From assembly GCF_005696695.1 (NCBI RefSeq), contig NZ_CP040006.1, positions 1,650,001 through 1,682,000 on the forward strand: 32,000 bases of DNA, written 5' to 3'. This DNA is from Schaalia odontolytica. Its GTDB lineage: Bacteria > Actinomycetota > Actinomycetes > Actinomycetales > Actinomycetaceae. The first letter of the stretch is position 1; each line of letters begins with the position of its first letter. Made by a program: the position numbers and the translations under genes. The notes below the pieces were generated by a model. It was not told the DNA's origin. It did no database searches and worked only from the letters and a program-made list of their open reading frames with translations. Below, one piece after another: positions 18,043-23,877 of this stretch.

Positions 18043-18108
18043 AAGGCCCCTAATCGCGCCCGAAAGTGCGCGCGCGGGTCATCGTGCGCCACTACAGCAC
18101 CACAAAGT

Positions 18109-18570
18109 TTAGCGGAAAATGCGGCCCCAGCCGCCGGGCTTCGGGGCGGGCTGCTGAGGCATGCCGGTCCAGTGGGCAGGAGCGGGCGGGGCTGCGGGCG
18201 CAGGCTGAGACTGTGCGGCCTTCACGGCGGCACGGGTGTGTGCAACGAAGCGCATCAGTCCATCGACGGCTTTGCGCTCGAAATGGAGAGTCAGCAGCGC
18301 TTGCCGCGTCTCGATCATGAGCCACTTATCCCCGCCGCTCCTCTTCTTCGCAGCAAACGCGAGGATGCCGAGCGTGACGAGGCGCGTCGCAGTCACGCGC
18401 GCCTGCATGGCCTCGCCGTCCTCGACCTCGACGCTGACGACGTCGGTTAGAGGGATCCGCTGGATTGCCTCGCCGCGTCGCTTTGAGTCGTAGAGCAGCT
18501 CGGTGTCGGTGCAGATGATCTCAGCGGGGTCGGATGAGTAGAGGCGGAAAGCGCCTTTAGGGCGGTGCAT
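18109..18570 (-). CDS. Hypothetical protein, co-oriented with the repressor at the prophage edge
   Basis: 153-aa ORF with a strong AGGAGG RBS upstream of the ATG at 18570. It has a globular N-terminal domain and a Pro-rich C-terminal tail (QPAPAAPPAPAHWTGMPQQPAPKPGGW). Confidence 0.65.
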   Translation of the reverse strand: MHRPKGAFRLYSSDPAEIICTDTELLYDSKRRGEAIQRIPLTDVVSVEVEDGEAMQARVTATRLVTLGILAFAAKKRSGGDKWLMIETRQALLTLHFERKAVDGLMRFVAHTRAAVKAAQSQPAPAAPPAPAHWTGMPQQPAPKPGGWGRIFR

Positions 18571-18634
18571 AGCTCCTCCTTTGAGTGCGACCTACCTATA
18601 TGGGCAGTCTACAGCTCGCACGAGGACGTGGAGG

Positions 18635-18937
18635 CTATTCCGGAGAGGCTTCGTCCGCGAGGCGGCGCTCCGCCTCGGCAGCTACATCGGAGCCACTGAC
18701 TCCGAGAGCTTCGCACATCGCACCGAAGTCGCTCATCGTACAAACAGTGTCGCCCGCGAAGATCTTGTAACAGCGCGCGCGAGTGATGCCGGCCCGCTCG
18801 GCCAGGCGGTCGATAGTCAGGTCCAGACTTTGCAGACGCTCCTTGAGTACAGCTAAGACAGCGCGTTCAAAGGGACTCGATTTAAGAGATCTGCTTCCCA
18901 TGAGGTAAGCATATCTACTTTTGTAGACCCATGTCAC
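18635..18937 (-). CDS. XRE/cI-like HTH repressor
   Basis: HTH segment LTIDRLAERAGITRARCYKIFAGD. The gene is divergent from a Cro-like gene. The start is ambiguous: GTG at 18937 or ATG at 18901, with no obvious SD, so the transcript may be leaderless. Confidence 0.7.
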   Translation of the reverse strand: MTWVYKSRYAYLMGSRSLKSSPFERAVLAVLKERLQSLDLTIDRLAERAGITRARCYKIFAGDTVCTMSDFGAMCEALGVSGSDVAAEAERRLADEASPE

Positions 18938-19003
18938 ATGAAAACGAGTTGCAAAATCTCTATTTGTAGACTTATATAGCAGTCATTGGTCTACAAATGT
19001 AGA
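18917..19003. promoter_or_regulatory. Operator-like repeats in the repressor/Cro divergent region
   Basis: TTTGTAGAC occurs at 18920-18928 and 18963-18971, with the inverted copy GTCTACAAA at 18989-18997. The palindrome TCTACA-AA-TGTAGA spans 18990-19003, in an AT-rich stretch. Confidence 0.55.
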
Positions 19004-19016
19004 AAGGAACCATGAG

Positions 19017-19340
19017 ATGACGGTCGCAGCCGTAATCAAGAGCATGGCCCGTGAGCTGGGCATCTCTCAGACAGAGCTTGCTGCCCGCGCTCGTATGAGC
19101 CGCGCGAGCCTGTCCCTCAAGCTCAACGAGCGCCGAGATCTGACCTTGCCGGAAGTTGAGAGGCTCGCAGCAGTGCTCGGCACGTCCGTCCGCGAGCTCC
19201 TCGACCAAGTCGAGCGCACCACCGAGACAGCACCCGCGCCCGATAAATCGCGAGGCTATGCAATCGCCGATAAGGCGACCGGCGTCGTGATCCTCCAGGC
19301 CTCGCACGGAAGCATCTACGACGAGGACATCCCGGCATGA
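19017..19340 (+). CDS. XRE-family HTH protein (Cro/antirepressor-like early regulator)
   Basis: 107-aa ORF with the HTH LGISQTELAARARMSRASLSLKLNERRDLTLPEVERLAAVLG and a GAAAGGA RBS 8 nt upstream. Confidence 0.75.
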   Translation: MTVAAVIKSMARELGISQTELAARARMSRASLSLKLNERRDLTLPEVERLAAVLGTSVRELLDQVERTTETAPAPDKSRGYAIADKATGVVILQASHGSIYDEDIPA

Positions 19341-19522
19341 GCGCCGTCGTCGCAGTGACCATCGGCCTAGTTCTCGCGGTCGCCGCAATACCTGTCATCG
19401 TCTGCGTCGTATACCTCACCGGTATCTACGCAGGGGATGCGCTCGACCGCCTCGTTTGTATGGGCCTCGACGCGGGTGATCGGATCGCCGAAATGATCGA
19501 TGGGGAGGTGCCCGGGAAATGA
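19337..19522 (+). CDS. Small membrane protein
   Basis: 61-aa ORF with an ATGA overlap with the upstream stop and one TM helix (VVAVTIGLVLAVAAIPVIVCVVYL). Confidence 0.5.
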   Translation: MSAVVAVTIGLVLAVAAIPVIVCVVYLTGIYAGDALDRLVCMGLDAGDRIAEMIDGEVPGK

Positions 19523-19740
19523 CCGCCGCTGCACCGTTCGCCCCTGACCGCTGGTACTCAGCCCAGCAGGTTCAGGAAACCCTCAGCCTCTCCCGCTCAA
19601 CCGTCGAGCGCCTCGGAGTCGAGGGCAAGGTCGCCGCAATCAAGATCGGGCGTTCCGTCCGGTACAGCGGCGACGACCTCAACCACCAGTGCCAGAGCCT
19701 CGGCTCCTGCGCCACCGAAAAGAAGAGCTCCCAGCGGTAG
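19519..19740 (+). CDS. Excisionase-family (MerR-superfamily) helix-turn-helix DNA-binding protein
   Basis: 73-aa ORF with WYSAQQVQETLSLSRSTVERLGVEGKVAAIKIGRSVRYSGDDL, the typical HTH_17/Xis pattern, and an ATGA overlap. Confidence 0.7.
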   Translation: MTAAAPFAPDRWYSAQQVQETLSLSRSTVERLGVEGKVAAIKIGRSVRYSGDDLNHQCQSLGSCATEKKSSQR

Positions 19741-19761
19741 AAGCGCTGGGAGCGAGCAGAA

Positions 19762-19775
19762 CCCCTAGAGAAGGA
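19762..19775 (+). promoter_or_regulatory. Start-associated 14-nt motif CCCCTAGAGAAGGA, copy 1
   Basis: Ends 7 nt before the GTG at 19783. An identical 14-mer lies at 22580-22593, 6 nt before the ATG at 22600. The motif contains the GAAGGA RBS. Confidence 0.5.
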
Positions 19776-19782
19776 AGATTCC

Positions 19783-19995
19783 GTGAACAAGACTACCACA
19801 CGCCGCCGCCACCTGCGGCCCTGGCGAACCCTCATCGGAGGCGCCGCACTCGCCGCCGCCCTCACCCTCGGTTTCGCGATGCGCGGCCTCGACAACCCCG
19901 ACGGCCTCCCCGAGTGGACCTTCTTCCCGGCCCTCGGACTCCTCGCGCTCGCGGTCTGCTTGATCCGCGCGGACTGGAAGGCAGGGCGGCTGTGA
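19783..19995 (+). CDS. Small membrane protein
   Basis: 70-aa ORF with a GTG start. It has a basic N-terminus and two hydrophobic segments (LIGGAALAAALTLGFA, FFPALGLLALAVCLI). Confidence 0.5.
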   Translation: MNKTTTRRRHLRPWRTLIGGAALAAALTLGFAMRGLDNPDGLPEWTFFPALGLLALAVCLIRADWKAGRL

Positions 19996-20378
19996 ACGCC
20001 TCGGTCATCGTCACAGTTGTTTTCCTGCTATTCGCAGGCTGTGTCCTGCTGGCCTGGATCGCGGCGCGCGGGGCCTCTCGTGCGGCCTCCATCGAGGAGA
20101 TCGCCGCTCGCATGCAGCGATCCGCGTCGAAGGCCAGGGCGAAGGGCACGACACTGCTTGAGCGCCACGTCGGCTTCGATTACTACGACGTGGACGGCGA
20201 GGCTCCGCTGCCTCATCTGATCTGCCTCGCGACGCAGGACGTCATTATCGAGGCAGAGCTGAATAACTGCTTCGCCCTCGACACGCCAAAGATCGCGGTC
20301 GATCTCGACCGTCAGCAGATCCACGTGACCCTCGAAGTGCTCAGGCTTGATGAGCCGAGCCTGGAGGTGCGGACCTGA
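19992..20378 (+). CDS. Membrane-anchored hypothetical protein
   Basis: GTG at 19992 overlaps the upstream stop (GTGA). The product is VNASVIVTVVFLLFAGCVLLAWIAARG... plus a soluble domain. The longer track ORF from 19689 has an Arg/Pro-rich off-frame-looking N-terminus that overlaps two better genes. Confidence 0.5.
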   Translation: MNASVIVTVVFLLFAGCVLLAWIAARGASRAASIEEIAARMQRSASKARAKGTTLLERHVGFDYYDVDGEAPLPHLICLATQDVIIEAELNNCFALDTPKIAVDLDRQQIHVTLEVLRLDEPSLEVRT

Positions 20379-20578
20379 TGCCGAAGAAGCCGCCGCTCGA
20401 TGTCGAGATCACACGCGCGATCGCCCGCGCTCACATCCTCTACGCGAACCGCCCGCACATAGATGAGCGTGTGCATCGCCTGGTCACGGAGGCCTGCGCC
20501 CGCGCCGCTCACTACCCGGTCGAGGTCAAGCCCTCACGTTCGGCGCTCGCGCCGATGAGGCCTCGCCGATCCGCTTAA
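20378..20578 (+). CDS. Hypothetical protein
   Basis: 66-aa ORF, start overlapping the upstream stop, co-oriented in the operon. Confidence 0.4.
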   Translation: MPKKPPLDVEITRAIARAHILYANRPHIDERVHRLVTEACARAAHYPVEVKPSRSALAPMRPRRSA

Positions 20579-20608
20579 CCACCAACACCAAGAACAGAAG
20601 GAACCACA

Positions 20609-21847
20609 ATGAGTAAGAAGTTCTGGGCAGCAGGCGCTGCCCTCACCCTCGCGGCGCTCGCGCTGCCCTACGGCGCCGCATACGCCGCCGCCGAGGCCGC
20701 GCCGACCATGACCGCACAGGTTACCAAGGCGACCAGTGCCTCACGCCAGACCTCGAGTGAGGTCACCGTCGAGGGAACCTGGACCGCGCCGAAGCTCGCG
20801 GTCGGCCAGCACTTCACCGTTGCCAGCAAGGACGGCGGCTTCAAGTGGTATGCCGGCTTTCCCTTCGTCCTCGACGACGGAACCAAGATCGGCGACTGCG
20901 AGGCCGACGAGGCGACGCTGACCTGCACGGTCACCGAGGTTCCCGCGTCCTACGCGGACAAGACCGACGTGACCGGAAACTTCCATGCCCGCGCGCGTCT
21001 CTCGGACGCCGCAGTCGGCACTGAGGACACGCAGATCGTCGTGAACGGCCAAGTCACGCGCACGCTCGTCTGGGGCGACCGTGACGGCTCGGGCACCTGC
21101 ACGAACGACTGCTCGACGCCCGCGCACTTCGAGTACGCGGCTCCCGAGACGATTAAGTTCGGGTGGACCAACGCGGACCAGTCGATCGGCTGGGGCATCA
21201 AGTGGGTAGTTGAAGCCGGAAAGGCCTACACGCTGACGGACGAGACCAACCAGCTGCCGAAGGCTGTGAAGTGCTCGTCCGGCCCGACCTGGGATCCTGC
21301 GACGACAACCTGGACCGACGGCACGCTCGACGAGTCAGCGCACACGCTGACGTTCACGCCGCCCGCAGGCTCGCTGGTCTGCATCGTCTATCCTGCAGCG
21401 ACCACGCACGTCGAGGGCCAGGACACCTACACCAACCGAGCTACGATCAACGGCAAGAGCCTTGAGGCAACCGCAACGATCAAGGCCTCGGGCGGTACCG
21501 ACGGCGACGGCAAGACCAAGCCGCAGCCCGCGCCGGTCCCCTCGCCTCTCCCGAAGCCCTCGCCGAAGCCGTCCCCGGTTCCTACTCCTTCGGATGAGCC
21601 GCAGTCTGCGCCGTCCCCGATGCCTACTCCTACGACCGCGCCGACGCCGGGCACGGTGAAGCCCGCGCCGAAGCATGAGGCCGTGCCGGCTACTGCTCCG
21701 GCCCCGCAGGAGCGCCTCGCCAAGACTGGCGCGACCTCCAGCGGACTTTTGCTGATGATCGTCGCGATCCTGGGCGGCGCAGGCGCTGGCCTGTTCCTCC
21801 TCCGACTTCTTGAAGGCCCCGCGAGCAAGAAGGGAGAAAAGCTGTGA
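20609..21847 (+). CDS. Prophage-encoded sortase-anchored surface protein (LAxTG sorting signal) with an N-terminal adhesin-like Ig-fold domain and a Pro-rich stalk
   Basis: 412-aa ORF with a signal peptide (MSKKFWAAGAALTLAALALPYGAAYAAAEA). A Cna/collagen-binding-like segment is present (GQHFTVAS...FVLDDGTKIGDCEADEATLTCTVTEV...VTGNFHARA). The stalk is PxP-rich (PQPAPVPSPLPKPSPKPSPVPTPS). The C-terminus has LAKTG, a hydrophobic helix and a basic tail (KKGEKL). Confidence 0.8.
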   Translation: MSKKFWAAGAALTLAALALPYGAAYAAAEAAPTMTAQVTKATSASRQTSSEVTVEGTWTAPKLAVGQHFTVASKDGGFKWYAGFPFVLDDGTKIGDCEADEATLTCTVTEVPASYADKTDVTGNFHARARLSDAAVGTEDTQIVVNGQVTRTLVWGDRDGSGTCTNDCSTPAHFEYAAPETIKFGWTNADQSIGWGIKWVVEAGKAYTLTDETNQLPKAVKCSSGPTWDPATTTWTDGTLDESAHTLTFTPPAGSLVCIVYPAATTHVEGQDTYTNRATINGKSLEATATIKASGGTDGDGKTKPQPAPVPSPLPKPSPKPSPVPTPSDEPQSAPSPMPTPTTAPTPGTVKPAPKHEAVPATAPAPQERLAKTGATSSGLLLMIVAILGGAGAGLFLLRLLEGPASKKGEKL

Positions 21848-22173
21848 AGTTCGAGAAGGCACTCGAAAACCCGGTAACGCTCACCCTCGAAGCAGCCGAC
21901 GTTTTCTACCTGCGCGATTTCCTGTACGAGGAGAGCATCAGTGCCGATGTCGATTTCGACAACGTCGAGACCCTGCACAACGACAGAGCTCGCCAAGCAG
22001 CGAAGATGACACTCAGCCGCGAGCACACGAAGATGACGAAGATCATCGACGCCCTGGACGCAACCCTGGACGCAACCGAGGGTCGCGTTGTCGGCGCAAA
22101 GAAGATCGCGTCCATGACCGACCCCATGCAGGCCGCTAATGAAGTCGGTACCTCGACGGAGGAGGGGAAGTGA
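21844..22173 (+). CDS. Hypothetical phage protein
   Basis: 109-aa ORF with a GTGA overlap with the upstream stop. Confidence 0.5.
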   Translation: MKFEKALENPVTLTLEAADVFYLRDFLYEESISADVDFDNVETLHNDRARQAAKMTLSREHTKMTKIIDALDATLDATEGRVVGAKKIASMTDPMQAANEVGTSTEEGK

Positions 22174-22421
22174 TGACTCGATACATCGCGGTCTATTTCG
22201 ACACCGCTCAGGTGCAGGCTCTGCGAGACGACGCGCAGGAAACGGTCCTCGCCGCTGATGAGGATCTGGAGATCACGAAGCAGCTCAACGACCTCACGGC
22301 CCGCCGCCTCGCTCGAGAAGCGATCGACAAGAAACGCGACCTGTATGTCGAGATCGTCGACAAGCTCCAGGAAGCATCCGAGCGCCTCAACGTCGGTGAA
22401 GGCGACTACATCGACGAATGA
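22170..22421 (+). CDS. Hypothetical phage protein
   Basis: 83-aa ORF with an ATGA overlap. Acidic and helical. Confidence 0.5.
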   Translation: MMTRYIAVYFDTAQVQALRDDAQETVLAADEDLEITKQLNDLTARRLAREAIDKKRDLYVEIVDKLQEASERLNVGEGDYIDE

Positions 22422-22603
22422 GCACACTCCCCGATGAGCGCGGCCAACGGGGAGGCCACCCGCAAACCAAGAAAAAACAGGCGGGGCAGGTAAAGAGATC
22501 GCGCAGCCCGACCAGCAGACCCCCGGGTGCGAGTCCCGGGCGGGCACGAAGCCCGCGCCACGAGCGCGCAGGGCAAGACCCCCTAGAGAAGGACAACCAA
22601 TGA
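22418..22603 (+). CDS. Doubtful small basic ORF (may instead be an untranslated spacer)
   Basis: 61-aa low-complexity Arg/Pro/Lys-rich product. ATGA overlaps at both ends argue for coding. The composition and the start-associated motif at its 3' end argue for a regulatory spacer. Confidence 0.25.
   Translation: MSTLPDERGQRGGHPQTKKKQAGQVKRSRSPTSRPPGASPGRARSPRHERAGQDPLEKDNQ
22580..22593 (+). promoter_or_regulatory. Start-associated 14-nt motif CCCCTAGAGAAGGA, copy 2
   Basis: Identical to 19762-19775 and lies 6 nt upstream of the ATG at 22600. Confidence 0.5.
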
Positions 22604-22953
22604 CCACCATCAACGAGATCAAGGACAGGCTGAACGCCGTGGCGTTCGCTGGCCGCAGCTACGCAGGCGCAGACCGCACCGCGATCGCGAAGGCCTACAC
22701 AGACGCTGTCGCTGCGTTCGACCAGAACGCAGCCGTGGATATGGCGTACCTCCTCGACCGTGTCGATGAGCTGCAGGACGCGATCGCCGTCGCAGCTTCG
22801 GACCTCGCCGACGTAGCAAGCTACGTCGCCGCCAGGTACGCCGGCACACCCGACGAAGCCAGCGAAATCCGCCTAGCAATCGGCGAACCAATCGACGCCC
22901 TAGTCAACGTCTCACAGGGCACACCGATCACACCCGAGGAGGCCGGGGAATGA
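22600..22953 (+). CDS. Hypothetical phage protein
   Basis: 117-aa ORF, preceded by the GAAGGA-containing motif. Confidence 0.55.
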   Translation: MTTINEIKDRLNAVAFAGRSYAGADRTAIAKAYTDAVAAFDQNAAVDMAYLLDRVDELQDAIAVAASDLADVASYVAARYAGTPDEASEIRLAIGEPIDALVNVSQGTPITPEEAGE

Positions 22954-23252
22954 GCGGCGCCGGACTCCTCAGCATCGAGTGGGAGATCGCCAACCAACAT
23001 CTCCCCATGCCTCATATCGTCGCGACGGCCTGCGCCGCGTTCGTCGAGGAAGCAGAACGCCGCGGACTCGTCATCCGCTCCGGACCCTCACCTTCCGTCC
23101 TGCACGAGCTCCGGCTCGTGCGAGTCACCGGCAAGGTCACCCGCCAGGACGACGAAACCCCAGAGCCGCAGCCACCGCACACACTGCGCCGATGCCCGGC
23201 GTGCGGGGTCCACATCTACGACCTCACCGACATCGAAGGAGCCGAGCAATGA
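22950..23252 (+). CDS. Hypothetical phage protein
   Basis: 100-aa ORF with an ATGA overlap. Confidence 0.5.
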   Translation: MSGAGLLSIEWEIANQHLPMPHIVATACAAFVEEAERRGLVIRSGPSPSVLHELRLVRVTGKVTRQDDETPEPQPPHTLRRCPACGVHIYDLTDIEGAEQ

Positions 23253-23491
23253 TCGAAATCAAGCAGGCGCGCAACGTCCCCGGCTTCCGCTTCTGCCCTG
23301 TCTGCCGCACGCGCCTCGCGCCGAAAGGCTCGAACGTTCACGTCACCATCGACGCCGAAAACGAAGCCACCGCAATCGAGCACATCACGCACAAAGCCTG
23401 CGCACAGACGGTCATCGACTTCACCCGCGCTCGCGGCTACACGCCCGCCGAGCTCGTGGAGGTCGGCGTCTGGGCTGAGGAGCAGCGATGA
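23249..23491 (+). CDS. Hypothetical phage protein with a CxxC zinc-ribbon-like start
   Basis: ATG at 23249 overlaps the upstream stop (ATGA). The product is MIEIKQARNVPGFRFCPVCRTRL... The longer track ORF from 22979 is an Arg/Pro-rich off-frame extension. Confidence 0.5.
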   Translation: MIEIKQARNVPGFRFCPVCRTRLAPKGSNVHVTIDAENEATAIEHITHKACAQTVIDFTRARGYTPAELVEVGVWAEEQR

Positions 23492-23877
23492 GGCTCCCGA
23501 TCAGGATTCAGCGCCGCCGCGCTCGCGGCTGGAAGATGCCCGCGCACACGAAGTATGTAGGGCGAGGAAGCCTATACGGCAATCCGTTTTGGGTCGCTCG
23601 GTCGCCGTTTGAGCTTAAATATGGCGGTGCCCTCGTCGTCGCGTCTCGTGCGGAGGCTGTCGAGAAATTTCGTGAGTGGATCAGGCACACGGCAGAGGGT
23701 CGGTTCGTCGCTGGGTGTGCGGCGCGGAACCTCTGGGGCCTCGATCTCGCGTGCTGGTGTCCAGCTGATCAGCCGTGTCATGCGGATGTCCTCTTGGAGA
23801 TCGCGAACCCGCGCGGTGCGAGGGAGTTCGAGAACCCGTATTACCGCAGGTGGGATCGAGACGAGGCCGCAGAATGA
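23488..23877 (+). CDS. DUF4326-family protein
   Basis: 129-aa ORF with VGRGSLYGNPF...F..W...L.G.DLACWCPADQPCHADVLLEIAN, which matches the DUF4326 signature. Confidence 0.7.
   Translation: MRLPIRIQRRRARGWKMPAHTKYVGRGSLYGNPFWVARSPFELKYGGALVVASRAEAVEKFREWIRHTAEGRFVAGCAARNLWGLDLACWCPADQPCHADVLLEIANPRGAREFENPYYRRWDRDEAAE

Noticed and set aside
18021-18100. Calling this a functional tRNA gene
   Set aside because: Hand folding fails. The T-stem pairs 2 of 5, the acceptor stem pairs 5 of 7, no D-arm is evident, and the anticodon-like hairpin has an 8-nt loop. It is kept only as a 3'-end-like fragment pending covariance-model scoring.
19689-20378. 229-aa ORF as a single gene
   Set aside because: Its N-terminal 100 aa are Arg/Pro-rich and overlap the excisionase-like gene and the better-supported 19783-19995 ORF. 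The GTG at 19992 gives a sensible membrane-anchored protein coupled to the upstream stop.
21335-22622. Minus-strand ORFs 21335-21862, 21427-22026 and 21906-22622
   Set aside because: They are antisense to the LAxTG protein and the following early genes. Their Arg/Gly/Ser low-complexity products mirror the Pro-rich stalk.
22979-23491. 170-aa ORF as a single gene
   Set aside because: The first 90 codons are Arg/Pro/His-rich and overlap the 22950-23252 ORF. An internal ATG at 23249 with an ATGA overlap gives a clean 80-aa product.
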